Source: Rhodospirillaceae bacterium (GTDB lineage: Bacteria; Pseudomonadota; Gammaproteobacteria; Steroidobacterales; Rariloculaceae). From it: a stretch of DNA of 64,000 nucleotides. Positions 46,775-56,914 of this stretch are shown here, one piece after another (position 1 is the stretch's first letter; each line of letters begins with the position of its first letter). The stretch spans positions 7,729 through 71,728 of the forward strand of contig JAHEKF010000007.1 in assembly GCA_024638465.1 (NCBI GenBank), given 5' to 3'. Below the pieces are notes generated by a model. The model had not been told where the DNA came from and made no database searches. It worked only from the letters and a program-made list of their open reading frames with translations. The translations under genes were made by a program, and so were the position numbers.

Positions 46775-47509
46775 TTAGTCGAAGCGGCTCAGGATTTCGC
46801 GTGTGGCGCTGGAACAGGCGCCATCGGAGATTACGCCGGCTCGCTGCAATCGATAGTGCTCGTGCATTTCTTTGCGCAGGTAGATTGGCCAGTCGTCCGT
46901 GTTCTGCGCTTGCGCTGCGGTTATCGCCTGACAGAGTTCGTCGGCGATCGTGCGGCAGGTCCTGAACGTTACGACCGATCCCCTGAGACGCAGGACTTCG
47001 CACTTGCCGGTTGCCGAGAAAAAGTGGGTTTGTTCGTAGGTGAGATAGAGGAACAGCATGAAAGAAACTATCGAGCCGCTGCCGAGCACGATCGACACCG
47101 AGCGAAACAACTGATCGTAAGGCAGTACGAAGCTGGTGATCGCCGCTATCGCGGTTGCAAGCAGCAGGCCTGCTGCTGCCTTTAACGAGCGTCTCGCAAC
47201 GATTCGCGTGACCTTCGACGCCGGCTTCAGGTATCGCAGCGCGAGATAGGTATCCTGGACCAGGTGCTTGTTCTTCCAGGCACGGACTTTAAGGAAGCCC
47301 TCTTCGTAGAGTTCGAAGAGGTAGCGCGTTCCGTGCGACCAGTCCGACATCTGATACGTCGCCCGAACCGTATTGAGTTCGACGGCGCCAGTAAATTCTG
47401 CGTTCTGGATTTCGGTCGGGTCACTCGAAGTGATCGAGATGTGCTCGGAATCCGCTTCCAGGTCATGGATCGAGCGTGCGAAGTCTTCCGCGACAGTCTG
47501 GTCGGACAT
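46775..47509 (-). CDS. Hypothetical membrane protein (two central TM segments)
   Basis: A 244-aa ORF with a clean frame, 26 nt upstream of the kinase gene. I recognise no family. Confidence 0.45.
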   Translation of the reverse strand: MSDQTVAEDFARSIHDLEADSEHISITSSDPTEIQNAEFTGAVELNTVRATYQMSDWSHGTRYLFELYEEGFLKVRAWKNKHLVQDTYLALRYLKPASKVTRIVARRSLKAAAGLLLATAIAAITSFVLPYDQLFRSVSIVLGSGSIVSFMLFLYLTYEQTHFFSATGKCEVLRLRGSVVTFRTCRTIADELCQAITAAQAQNTDDWPIYLRKEMHEHYRLQRAGVISDGACSSATREILSRFD

Positions 47510-47647
47510 ATAGGCGTTTCGGCTTTTCTATTCGGCTTTTGAATAGGAGTCTATCGGGAGCACGGCCAGCGAGGCGTGAGGACAATCACAGTCCACCGGT
47601 TGACGGTTGCCGCCGGGCCAGCTTATGTAAAGCGACTGCCGGGAGTT

Positions 47648-49147
47648 TTAGAGCGGGAGGCCCAGCGGAATCTCGTTGCCGTTGACGAAAAGCCGCCCAC
47701 CGCTGAAGTCGAGTTCGCTGTGATAGCCGTCGTCAGTCGAGACCAGTAGCCCCTGCGACACGAGGCCGAGAAGTGTCACGATGGCCTGATTCGCCGCCAG
47801 GACCTGCAGTTCGGCCTCGGCGATGATCGCTCCGTTCGCGGTGGCATTCGAGCGAATCTGATTTTGCGCGACCTGCTCGGCGATCTCGGTCGCCATCGCT
47901 TCGGACAGATCTGTGTACGCTGCAACAGAAATCGCGTCGACTATGGCGCGAATATCCAGCATGTTGAACTGGTCACGCTGTGCCAGATTGCTGCCGTCAA
48001 TATTGATTGTCACGTTGGCGACGAACGGATCGCCGTTCCAGACGAGGTCGGCGGGACCGATTACGATCTCCGGTGAGGTCGACAGCGTGAGATAGAGCAT
48101 GTCCTGAACGCCCGGAATCAGCGGCGGCGCCGAGCGTGGATCTGCGGCGACCAATTGGCTGTATTCGTAATACGCCGCCAGCGCTTCGAGTGAGAAATCG
48201 CGAATCGCGAGATCGAGACGCGCGTCGGTGAGAGCGAGCTGCTGACCGACTTCCGCCAGTCCCTGACTCGTTAACGATTCGAGGTAATAGCTTCCCTCGA
48301 GCGTCACCAGTTGGTTGTCGTCGTCAGTTTCTGAATCGAATGCGACGCCGGCTTCCGTCATCACGATACTCAGCGGACCGCCGGCCCCGTAAGCCTGGAT
48401 GTTGATAGCACCTAGCGTGGCGTCGACGTCTCCGAACCACAGACGTGATCCATAACGTTGCACGTCGGTAGCGAATGTGAAGCGTTCGAGATTGAGCGAG
48501 CCCTGAAAGCCGGCGTCGACGCGCAGGAACTCCATGTCACCGACCGCTGCGACAGCGAACTCGGAGAGATCGAAGTCGCCCTCGACATCGATGCCGGAGA
48601 ACTGAAGCTGCCCAAGCGGGGATCCGATCTCGATTTGGGGAACGTCAGCGATAAAACTCGTGTCGCCGCTGACGCTCGTAACAGTTCGTGCTTCGAAGAG
48701 ATAGGGAATACCGAGCGATTCGAGCAACTCGTTCATTCCGGCGGTCTCGGGATCCGGTCGAATGACGGTGCCGGCGATACCCAGGCGGAGGCCATTGTCT
48801 GTCAGGACCGGCCCGTGAGCGATCTGGACGGAGAGCGGTAGCGACTGGCTTAGCAGACTCTGCATCATCAGGCTCGCGACTGCGGCGTTGGGGTCGTCGT
48901 CCGCGCTCGCGACGGCGAAGAGTTGCTGCAGATAGTCGTCCGTGAGGTTGGCTTCGAGTCGGGCCGAACTGCCGAACCAGCCGCCATCGTATTGGACGAC
49001 GTCGACCGTATATGGAGAGCCCGGTAAGGTCTCGAGCGCATCGGCATGCATTCGCAAGCTGCGTTCGGTCAGCGCGCCGATGACCGGTGGAACGCCGATG
49101 CACAGAACGGCAACGACAACGATAACGACGGCGATTGTCTTGTTCAT
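47648..49147 (-). CDS. YdgA-like (DUF945) membrane-anchored periplasmic protein
   Basis: MNKTIAVVIVVVAVLCIGVPPVIGALTE N-terminal anchor, with the length and composition of the family. Confidence 0.6.
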   Translation of the reverse strand: MNKTIAVVIVVVAVLCIGVPPVIGALTERSLRMHADALETLPGSPYTVDVVQYDGGWFGSSARLEANLTDDYLQQLFAVASADDDPNAAVASLMMQSLLSQSLPLSVQIAHGPVLTDNGLRLGIAGTVIRPDPETAGMNELLESLGIPYLFEARTVTSVSGDTSFIADVPQIEIGSPLGQLQFSGIDVEGDFDLSEFAVAAVGDMEFLRVDAGFQGSLNLERFTFATDVQRYGSRLWFGDVDATLGAINIQAYGAGGPLSIVMTEAGVAFDSETDDDNQLVTLEGSYYLESLTSQGLAEVGQQLALTDARLDLAIRDFSLEALAAYYEYSQLVAADPRSAPPLIPGVQDMLYLTLSTSPEIVIGPADLVWNGDPFVANVTINIDGSNLAQRDQFNMLDIRAIVDAISVAAYTDLSEAMATEIAEQVAQNQIRSNATANGAIIAEAELQVLAANQAIVTLLGLVSQGLLVSTDDGYHSELDFSGGRLFVNGNEIPLGLPL

Positions 49148-49172
49148 GGCTGTTTCCGGGGGCAGTCCGCTG

Positions 49173-49682
49173 CTAATAGAGTAACGGCGGTTGCGTACGG
49201 GCACGTTGGCCGTTGACGATGATCACGAGCGAAGTCGCATAGTTCTCGCCGCGAACCGGTGGCGCCACCGAGTAGAGCCAGAGTCGCCCCAGGCCCGGTT
49301 GATCGGCGCGCAACGTGTGGCCGTCCTCGTTGAAGAGTTCGAAATCGATGAGATCGTCGGGCGCTTCCAGCGTCACGATCAGGGGAGCGTTCTCGACATA
49401 GGTGTTATCGCGCCCCCATGCGTGCACGACGATATCGCGCAGGCTGAACGTCTCGCCGATGCCGAGCACAATTTCGGCAGGCTCCACTTCGACTCGATTG
49501 ACGCGCAGCCCGAGCGTGCCGCCGAGTGCGGGTCCGGTGCCGTCATAGGGCTCGATCGCGAAAGTGGTGTCGCCTTCGGAATAGGAGTAGCCCTGACCGA
49601 AAGTCGTCGATATGATAGCCGCCGCCGCGGGTGCTGCGGCGAGCGCCGCGATGGTCAGTAACAGGTATTTCGGCGCGTTCAT
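49173..49682 (-). CDS. Hypothetical secreted protein
   Basis: Signal peptide MNAPKYLLLTIAALAAAPAAAA followed by a beta-rich sequence. Confidence 0.5.
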   Translation of the reverse strand: MNAPKYLLLTIAALAAAPAAAAIISTTFGQGYSYSEGDTTFAIEPYDGTGPALGGTLGLRVNRVEVEPAEIVLGIGETFSLRDIVVHAWGRDNTYVENAPLIVTLEAPDDLIDFELFNEDGHTLRADQPGLGRLWLYSVAPPVRGENYATSLVIIVNGQRARTQPPLLY

Positions 49683-49831
49683 CCAGGCATTAGATCCGTG
49701 AAAATACTGGGGAATTCCATTTCCAGACCAAAGTCTAGACGATCAGGCCGGATTTCACGACGATAACCACTGGAAATCCCTGTCAGGCGACCCCATTCAG
49801 GGCGCCTGAACACGATATTGAGGAGAATGAC

Positions 49832-50161
49832 ATGGCAGATAGCGGCACGCTGGCAGCAACCGATGACAACTTCGATCAGGAGGTTCTGCAAGCTGAGCTG
49901 CCGGTACTCGTTGATTTCTGGGCCGAGTGGTGCGGACCCTGCAAGATGGTCGGGCCGCTCGTCGATAGCCTGGCGGAAGAGTACGAAGGCAAACTCAAGG
50001 TCATGAAGCTGGACGTCGATGCGAATCCCGGCGTGGCGCAGAAGTTCGCCATCCGCAGTATTCCGACGCTCATGATCTTCAAAGGCGGCGAACTGGCGGA
50101 TACGGCAGTCGGTGTCCGGCCCAAGCCAGCGCTGCAGCAATTCGTCGAAGCCCATATTTAA
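49832..50161 (+). CDS. trxA: Thioredoxin
   Basis: 109 aa with VDFWAEWCGPCK. Confidence 0.9.
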   Translation: MADSGTLAATDDNFDQEVLQAELPVLVDFWAEWCGPCKMVGPLVDSLAEEYEGKLKVMKLDVDANPGVAQKFAIRSIPTLMIFKGGELADTAVGVRPKPALQQFVEAHI

Positions 50162-50177
50162 CGCGGGTTTCAGCGGT

Positions 50178-50203
50178 CAACGCACCTTCTGCCTGGTGCG
50201 TTG
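50178..50203 (+). terminator. Rho-independent-type terminator hairpin after trxA
   Basis: A 9-bp stem, caacgcacc / ggtgcgttg, with an 8-nt loop, followed by tctaagttat. Confidence 0.6.
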
Positions 50204-50250
50204 TCTAAGTTATACAGTGCGCGACTGCTTGCGCGGTGAGGTGGTGCATC

Positions 50251-50748
50251 ATGGCTAACATTGCAACGGTACTCGGGAGTTTCATCGCCCTGGCGGGCTT
50301 AATGAGCTCAGGTCTGGCCACGGCCCAGAATGGCGAAATCGACGTCGATGACGCTGCCGCTGCAATCGACGATATCGATCGCGAGCCGGAGCGCTGTATT
50401 CGCGTTGGTGGCATCGACGAGACCCATATCGTTGACGATCAAACGATCCTCTTCTATATGCGCCAGGATGTGGTTTACCAGAATGTATTGCGTCGAGAGT
50501 GCCCGGGACTCAAGCGCGAAGACCGGTTTTCTTACGAGACCCTCGGCGGCAATCTGTGTCTTACGGATGCCGTTACTGTCCTGCGGACTTTCGCCGGCGG
50601 TCTGGAACCCGGACGGACCTGTGGTCTGGGTCCGTTCGTCAGAATCAGCGAGGAGGAAGCCGACCTCCTGCGTTACGGCGAGCGACCGCTGGTAAGCGAC
50701 GAGCCCGTAGAGGTACCTCAGGACGAAGAGGTACCTCAGGACGAATAG
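50251..50748 (+). CDS. Hypothetical secreted protein with a C-terminal tandem EVPQDE repeat
   Basis: Signal peptide ...SSGLATAQ with conserved-looking Cys residues (ERCIRV, RECPGL, NLCLTD, RTCGLG). An 18-nt unit is repeated twice at 50710-50745. GTG 50236 is an alternative start. Confidence 0.5.
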   Translation: MANIATVLGSFIALAGLMSSGLATAQNGEIDVDDAAAAIDDIDREPERCIRVGGIDETHIVDDQTILFYMRQDVVYQNVLRRECPGLKREDRFSYETLGGNLCLTDAVTVLRTFAGGLEPGRTCGLGPFVRISEEEADLLRYGERPLVSDEPVEVPQDEEVPQDE

Positions 50749-50866
50749 GACACCGACCAGACAACCCGGTAGGAAGAGAGCGCCACGGAGTTTGGCGCTT
50801 GATGATTCGGAGTTACGGATCGAGAGCACGGACAGCTCTTACGACGTCTGGCTGCAGGGATTGCGG

Positions 50867-51451
50867 TTAGGCGTCGGCCTTTCCCTCATCGGGAAACTCT
50901 CCCTCCGTCGCTACCAGCATGCGGTTTGCGGTTTCGCCTTCCGAGAACAGAATCTGTCGCATCGCTCCGGCGACGTGAATCAGGAATACGACGAACAGCA
51001 CTTTCGCGAACGCGACGTGGGCCGCGTTGAAGAACGCCGCCGCGTTTTCGTTTGCAGTGAACGGGCCCGCGATTTCGCCGAAGTCGAAGAGCGCGATCGC
51101 ATCGCCGGCCAGCCAGACCTGCATGGGTCCGGTGAAGAGCATCACGAGAATCGAGAACAGCAAAACGAAGTGAACGACGCGCGCAGTCCTGAGCAGCGCG
51201 TCCTTCTGCCCGGCGGAGCGAGCGGGAAAGCCGATCTGCAGCCGGCGAAACACGCGGTAGAGCAGCAGCAGATAGACGGCAACCGCGACGGAGGTATGCA
51301 CTTTAAGCAGCATCGCCGCTTCCTCCGGCAGCGTGTCTTCGGCCGTCATCTGATTGCCGACGAACCAGAGCATGACGACGGCGATCGCCGCCGCCCAGTG
51401 GAGCGCGATCGAAAGCCAGCCGTAACCGGCACGGGCGTCGTGTATTTGCAC
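50867..51451 (-). CDS. Cytochrome b561 family membrane di-haem protein
   Basis: GYGWLSIALHW...KVHTSVAVAVYLLL...VHFVLL...AHVAFAKVLFVVFLIHVAGA: four TM segments with the conserved His pattern. Confidence 0.8.
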   Translation of the reverse strand: MQIHDARAGYGWLSIALHWAAAIAVVMLWFVGNQMTAEDTLPEEAAMLLKVHTSVAVAVYLLLLYRVFRRLQIGFPARSAGQKDALLRTARVVHFVLLFSILVMLFTGPMQVWLAGDAIALFDFGEIAGPFTANENAAAFFNAAHVAFAKVLFVVFLIHVAGAMRQILFSEGETANRMLVATEGEFPDEGKADA

Positions 51452-51663
51452 AGGTCAGGCCGCCGTGTCGCCAAAACTCGATTCGCGTCCAATTATCCGC
51501 GCGGTCTCAGGCAGCAACAACCAGCATTTCGCTCCTTCAGAAAAGTTCAGGCGCGGATGCTAAATCCCGGTTATTTCGTACGTGTTTCTCGTGATATCGT
51601 CAACCGAAACGGAACGGAGCCGTTGGATCCGAGAGGCAGGGACGGGACAGCGAGGAGGTTGCA

Positions 51664-52071
51664 ATGGATCGAAGAATTCTACTCGTAGCGATAGCGGCTC
51701 TGGCCGGTGCCACCGTAACCGCGCAGGCACACCACTCCTGGGGCGCAGTCTACGATGGCGGTCGCGAAGTCACTGAACTTGCCGCTAAAGTCGTAAGCCA
51801 GCACTCACGCCGCCCGCATGACAACGTCGCGATCATGATCACGAACGAAGCTGGCGAGACGGAAGCGTGGACGATGCAATGGCGTGGACCGCGCGGGCGC
51901 GACCGGGATCAGGAAGCGACGCAATACGACTTCAATGTCGGCGACGAAGTGCTGATCACGGGTCGTATGGCACGCAATGAAGACGACAAGCTCATACAGA
52001 TGACGACACTCGTGCGTCCGTCGGACGGCTGGACCATTACCGCGCGACAGGGTCGCGGCCGGCGGCGCTAG
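51664..52071 (+). CDS. Secreted 'module N'-like protein, divergent stand-alone copy
   Basis: AGGAGG ribosome-binding site. ...TVTAQA|HHSWG, RRPH, WTMQW, GDEVLITG. Confidence 0.6.
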   Translation: MDRRILLVAIAALAGATVTAQAHHSWGAVYDGGREVTELAAKVVSQHSRRPHDNVAIMITNEAGETEAWTMQWRGPRGRDRDQEATQYDFNVGDEVLITGRMARNEDDKLIQMTTLVRPSDGWTITARQGRGRRR

Positions 52072-52145
52072 TTCGAATCAGCGGCGGCAGCAGCGAGCTC
52101 AGCACGCACGCGGCCAGGCTTCGCCACGGGACCGGCCCTGTTTAT

Positions 52146-52625
52146 CTAGATCTCGCCCGCGAGCGCCTGACCCTGTAATGAGTCGGGCGGGTATTCGGAC
52201 AGCTCGATGCGCACACCTTGCGGATCGAAGATGTTCGACAGGATCGAGTTCGTTCTGCCGCGACGCGCTTCAGTCGGGCTTGCGCCGCGTTCCTCGTACA
52301 TGGCTCTGACCGCGTCCATCCCTTCCACCTGAACGCCGAAGTGGCTCAGCCCCGGTGGCGTGTTGTCGTTCGCCCGCGTCAGTTCCACGAAGGTATTTTC
52401 GCTGACGCGAAGATATACCAGGCCGGGTTCGCCGGCGTCGTTCGTCACGCGGAAAGCCTCCTCGTAGCCCATCGTCTCCGTATAAAAGGCCAGCGATTCG
52501 TCCATGTCGGCAACAGCCACGCCAACGTGATTGAGCTGAATGACTCCGGGATTCATCTGGGCAACGGCCGCCTGGATAATGAGCGCCACTGCAGCGCCGC
52601 CAGCAAAAAGAGTTAAACCGCGCAT
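52146..52625 (-). CDS. Secreted VOC-family (glyoxalase/bleomycin-resistance/dioxygenase fold) protein
   Basis: LNHVGVAVADMDESLAFY...HFGVQVEGMD after a signal peptide. ATG 52625 chosen as the start. Confidence 0.75.
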   Translation of the reverse strand: MRGLTLFAGGAAVALIIQAAVAQMNPGVIQLNHVGVAVADMDESLAFYTETMGYEEAFRVTNDAGEPGLVYLRVSENTFVELTRANDNTPPGLSHFGVQVEGMDAVRAMYEERGASPTEARRGRTNSILSNIFDPQGVRIELSEYPPDSLQGQALAGEI

Positions 52626-52787
52626 TTGCGTACCTCCATTGATCGTTGTTATTTCAATGCGGGAGTCATCGAACATACGCGCTTCTCGAAGCCCACCGCA
52701 AGCGCGGCTTCAAAATCGCGGTAGTCCGAGGGATACTGCGCCTGTCTTTCGGCCAATCAGAACAATACGCAGGACGGGGAGTCGACC

Positions 52788-53813
52788 ATGTTGGCAAACA
52801 ATACACTTCGGAGATTGAGTTTTGCGGCGCTGGGTGCGCTGTTTCTATCGGGTATCCAGACCGCTGCGGCGCAAACGCGCGAGAGTGGGCCCTGGTGGCC
52901 CGGACCGCACGGCCCCGGCGACGAAGCGGGTGCATCGAACTACGTCACGCCGCTGAAAATCCTGACGGCGCTGCAGATCCCGGAGACCGGAAAAGTCTAC
53001 GAACTCGGCCATGTCTATGAGCAGGGCATTCCGCTTTACGGCGAGCGACCCTGGTACATGAGCATCACACCGCCACCGAGGCCGACGAGCGGCGAGGGCG
53101 GGATCGCGCTGAGCGAGTACTTCACCGGTTACATCGGGCAGTTCGGCACGCAGTTCGATGGGCTCGGGCATCAGGCCGGCCATGTCGAGATGGAAGACGG
53201 TTCGTTCGAGACCGTTTTCTACAACGGCTTCACCGCCGACGATCTGCTCGGACAGAATCGTGGTCTCAATGGGCTCGAGGCGCTCGGGATGGAGACGATG
53301 AAGCCGTTCATCACGCGTGGCGTCCTGATCGACGTCGCGGGCTACAAGGGCGGTACGTTGCCGGCGGCTTACGAAGTCACGATGGACGATGTGCGCGGCG
53401 CGCTCGCGCGGCAGGGAATGAGCGAGGACGATGTCGGCCAGGGCGACGCGGTCATGTTCAACTATGGCTGGGCCGTGAACTGGGGCAACCCGTCGAAGTA
53501 CAACGACAACCGCATCGGCGTGGGCGAGAACGAGGGTTCACCGGGAATCTATACGGAAGTGACAGCCTGGCTGGTCGAGAAAAAGATCGGTGTCGTGGGC
53601 GCGGACAGTTGCTGCGTCGAAGTCCGGCCGCGACCGGACATGGTCGGCAACGTACACCGGCAACTGTTCCTCGGCGAGGGCATTCCGATGGTCGAGAACA
53701 TGAATCTGCTCGAGCTGGCCGAGGACGGGGCCTACGAGGTGCTGTTCATCACGCTGCCGGAGCGGCTCAAGGGCGCGACCGGCTCGATGTTGCGACCGAT
53801 CGCGATCCGCTAG
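52788..53813 (+). CDS. Secreted cyclase-family protein (kynurenine-formamidase-like)
   Basis: Signal peptide. GTQFDGLGH (the HxGTHxDxPxH-like region is degenerate). Length and pattern fit the putative-cyclase family. Confidence 0.65.
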   Translation: MLANNTLRRLSFAALGALFLSGIQTAAAQTRESGPWWPGPHGPGDEAGASNYVTPLKILTALQIPETGKVYELGHVYEQGIPLYGERPWYMSITPPPRPTSGEGGIALSEYFTGYIGQFGTQFDGLGHQAGHVEMEDGSFETVFYNGFTADDLLGQNRGLNGLEALGMETMKPFITRGVLIDVAGYKGGTLPAAYEVTMDDVRGALARQGMSEDDVGQGDAVMFNYGWAVNWGNPSKYNDNRIGVGENEGSPGIYTEVTAWLVEKKIGVVGADSCCVEVRPRPDMVGNVHRQLFLGEGIPMVENMNLLELAEDGAYEVLFITLPERLKGATGSMLRPIAIR

Positions 53814-53852
53814 CGTCCCGGGACGGACGAGGTCCCCGGACCCGAGTCCGTA

Positions 53853-54575
53853 TTAATCGTCTACGTGCCCGGCTTCGTACGGGGCTTCGATGGGCATGAG
53901 GGCGGCTTTGATCGACGCACCCCAGATCTCGTTGCCGGAGCCGTTGAGGTGCAGCATGTCGCGAACATAGAGGCGCGGGTTCATGCTGCCGTCTTCGTTC
54001 AGTAACGGCGTCGCAACGTCGACGTAGTGCACCAGTGGATTCGCGTCTGCCAGTTGCCGATAGTGCTCATTCAATAGCTGCGCCCGCTCCCAGACGCTCT
54101 CGCGTATCGGGCTCGGTTTCACTGAGAGGACGTAGATCCGGGTCTCCGGCAGTTCGCGGTGGATTTGCTCGATGATGTCCTCGAGCTGATTCGTGATCAT
54201 CGCCAATGGAATCAGCGAGCCCGGGGAGGTGTCATTGTCGCCTTCGTAGATAACTACCGCGCGCGGCTTGTAAGCAAGGATGACGCGATCGACGTAGTGA
54301 ACGACGTCGTTCATGATGCTGCCGCCGAACCCGCGCGGTATAACGGTCAGTGGTGCGAGCGCTTCCACGGCCTGGTCGTTCCAGCGCGCGATACTCGAGC
54401 TGCCGGTCAGCACGATGGCGTTCTCCGGCGGCGGATTGCGTTCGTCGTCTCGTTCGAAGCGGCGAATGTCGCGCTCGAAGCGCTCGGGATCGGGTAGCTG
54501 AGAATAAGCCTCCGGTGGCAGCGCTACGGCCAGGAGAAAAGCGGTTCCCGCCATCAGTTTCAGCATCCTGGTCAT
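53853..54575 (-). CDS. Secreted SGNH/GDSL-family hydrolase
   Basis: VLTGSSSI (block I Ser), RGFGGS, YEGDND, and DMLHLN (DxxH). Confidence 0.7.
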   Translation of the reverse strand: MTRMLKLMAGTAFLLAVALPPEAYSQLPDPERFERDIRRFERDDERNPPPENAIVLTGSSSIARWNDQAVEALAPLTVIPRGFGGSIMNDVVHYVDRVILAYKPRAVVIYEGDNDTSPGSLIPLAMITNQLEDIIEQIHRELPETRIYVLSVKPSPIRESVWERAQLLNEHYRQLADANPLVHYVDVATPLLNEDGSMNPRLYVRDMLHLNGSGNEIWGASIKAALMPIEAPYEAGHVDD

Positions 54576-54608
54576 CTTTAGACCTCCCGATTCTTTCACA
54601 GTCTGATA

Positions 54609-55640
54609 TTACGCGATTCTCAGCGCCGCTCGTCCCGTCACCGCGCCGTTCTCGACGAGTTCGTGGAGTTCTTCGGCCTCTTCCATCGGACGAATCTCGG
54701 TCACGACGGGCCAGACCTCGCCTTTTCGCATGAGTTCGTAGGTCTCGCGAATGTCGGTCGGCGTGACGTAGCGACTGCCGAGAATGTCGAGTTCCTTGTT
54801 GAGGAGTTCCTTCGCGCTCACGCGGAACTCCTGGCCTGCGCCGCCGAGCGTTACGAGCCGCCCCGCTTTTGCCAGCGCTCGCGCGCCCGCCTCGAGCGTG
54901 CTCGTCACGGAGACATAGTCGACGGCGACGTCTATGCCATTGCCACCGGTCAGCTCCATGAGCGCAGCGATGACGTCGACGTCAGATGCGTCGACGACCT
55001 CGTCCGCACCCGCTTCGCGGCAGGCCTCGAACTTCGATGCCTTCGTGTCGATGGCGATCACGCGTGCGCCCGCCCAATTAGCCATCATGAGCTGATGGAT
55101 ACCGAGTCCGCCGCCTGCGCCGAACACGGCGACTGTCTCGCCGTGCCGGACGCGCGCCCGGCGAAGCACTTTAAAAGGCGTCGCGAGTGCGTCCATGGCG
55201 ACGCCGACGTGCGCTGGCTGGTTCTGCCAGTCGAGCCCTTCGGGCAGGACGATGAAATTTTTTTCCGGCAGTTTGATGTACTCGGCATAGCCGCCGTCGA
55301 TCTCGCGGCCGACATAACCGCCGAAGTTGTCGCATAGCGGTTGCAGGTCGCGCTTGCACATGCGGCAGTGACCGCAGTTCAGATAGAAGTAAGACGTGAC
55401 GATGTCGCCGACCCGGAGCGAAGTGACGCCTTCGCCAATCTCGACGATCTCGGCGCAGATCTCGTGACCGATGATGCGTGGGAAAACCGCGGGGACGCGG
55501 CCGGCCTTGAAGTGCTGGATCGTCAGCCCGGCGCCGCAGGCAAAGACTTTGGCGACCGCCTCGCCCGGGCCTGCGACCGGATCCGGCACCTCGGTCAGGT
55601 CGAAAGGCGTGTTGGCCTCGTGGAGAACTAGCGCTTTCAT
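54609..55640 (-). CDS. Zinc-dependent alcohol dehydrogenase (MDR) family
   Basis: MKALVLHE..., GHEICAEIVEIGEGV, CGHCRMCKRDLQPLC, VFGAGGGLG. The track extension to 56144 overlaps the next gene and was rejected. Confidence 0.85.
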   Translation of the reverse strand: MKALVLHEANTPFDLTEVPDPVAGPGEAVAKVFACGAGLTIQHFKAGRVPAVFPRIIGHEICAEIVEIGEGVTSLRVGDIVTSYFYLNCGHCRMCKRDLQPLCDNFGGYVGREIDGGYAEYIKLPEKNFIVLPEGLDWQNQPAHVGVAMDALATPFKVLRRARVRHGETVAVFGAGGGLGIHQLMMANWAGARVIAIDTKASKFEACREAGADEVVDASDVDVIAALMELTGGNGIDVAVDYVSVTSTLEAGARALAKAGRLVTLGGAGQEFRVSAKELLNKELDILGSRYVTPTDIRETYELMRKGEVWPVVTEIRPMEEAEELHELVENGAVTGRAALRIA

Positions 55641-55648
55641 GCTTCTCG

Positions 55649-56827
55649 CTAGAAGATCATCCTGGACGCTTTCAGCAGCAATGTTCGGTTGACGCCGTCG
55701 GAGTGCAGAAACGCTGCGATGTCGCGCAGCAGCTTCTCGATCCCCGTTTCTTTCATGTAGCCCGAGCCGCCGTGAAGCTCCGAGGCCCAGGTCACGATCT
55801 TCCACGCGGCCTGCGAGGCGAATACCTTGGGAAACGCGGACAGCGCAGGATCCCAGCCGAGGTCGCGGTTGTCTGCCATCCAGGTAGCCTTGCGAACATA
55901 GGTTCGCGCGACATCGAGCAGCATGTGCATCTCGGCGAGCTGCGCAGTGATGCCGTCGTGCTCTATCAGCGGTTTTCCGCCCTGGACGCGGTTGCGGCAC
56001 CATTCCAGCGACTGCTCGTAGGCCGCCGTCGCCGCGCCGAGCACGCTCGCTGCCGCGTAGGCGTTGGAAGCCGGGAAGAAATCGATCAGCACCTGAAAAC
56101 CGTTGCCTGCTTCGCCGACGACATCCTCGTCCGGGATGAAACAATCCCTGAACATCAGTTCGGAGTTATTGGCGAGCCGCTCGCCCATCTTGTCGTGCAC
56201 TCGACCGATGCTGAATCCTTCCGTATCCCGGTCCAGCAGAAAGCAGGTCGAGCCCTCGTACAGTGACCGGCCTTTTTCCGTTTGCGCAAAAATCAGATAG
56301 ACGTTGGCGCGGTTGCCATTGGAGATGAAGTGCTTCATGCCGTTGATGCGCCAGCCGCCGTCGACTTTCTCGGCCTTCGTATGGAACGGCACGTCCTGAC
56401 GGATGAAATAGTTCGAGCCGGTTTCAGGCTCGGTAATGCCGATCGCGAGCACTCCGCGCGGGTCATCGCGGAAGATGGGAATGAATCTGTCCTGCTGCTG
56501 CTTCGTCAGCGCAGACTGCAGGATTTGCGCGAGCTTTAACGTCTGCGCCATGACGACGGATACGCCAATGTCCGCTTTCCCGAGCTCTTCTATCACCATC
56601 GCTGTCGTGACGGAATCGGCGCCAATGCCGCCCCATTCTTCCGACAGTGTCATGGTGCGCAGGCCTACTTCGTCCGCTTTCTCGACGATCTCCCAGGAGA
56701 AGCCCGCTTCGGGATCGCTGTTGGCGTCGAGCTCGGCGGCTACGGGCGCGACCACTTCCGCATTGAAGCGGCGCACGGTATCGAGGACGGCTTCCTGCAG
56801 CTCGTCGATGACGAAAGGTTCGGACAT
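55649..56827 (-). CDS. Acyl-CoA dehydrogenase
   Basis: 392 aa with ITEPETGS, the length of the family, and LHGGSGYM...LRD near the C-terminus. Confidence 0.9.
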   Translation of the reverse strand: MSEPFVIDELQEAVLDTVRRFNAEVVAPVAAELDANSDPEAGFSWEIVEKADEVGLRTMTLSEEWGGIGADSVTTAMVIEELGKADIGVSVVMAQTLKLAQILQSALTKQQQDRFIPIFRDDPRGVLAIGITEPETGSNYFIRQDVPFHTKAEKVDGGWRINGMKHFISNGNRANVYLIFAQTEKGRSLYEGSTCFLLDRDTEGFSIGRVHDKMGERLANNSELMFRDCFIPDEDVVGEAGNGFQVLIDFFPASNAYAAASVLGAATAAYEQSLEWCRNRVQGGKPLIEHDGITAQLAEMHMLLDVARTYVRKATWMADNRDLGWDPALSAFPKVFASQAAWKIVTWASELHGGSGYMKETGIEKLLRDIAAFLHSDGVNRTLLLKASRMIF

Positions 56828-56914
56828 CTGATTATTCTGAATATTGTCGCGGCTCGAAAGGTAGCATATCGTCTATCCAGGCAGCGAAGGACATTTCTCG
56901 ACGGAGGATCTGCG

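Noticed and set aside
54609-56144. Long N-terminal extensions in the ORF track. Examples are ADH to 56144, hemD to 43498, APH kinase to 47003, PepSY_TM from 11977, cysH to 34105, the histidine kinase to 40367, and the HD protein to 2876.
   Set aside because: The extensions overlap the neighbouring real gene, are Arg/Pro-rich, and precede an internal start that gives a family-typical N-terminus. Shorter coordinates were used instead.
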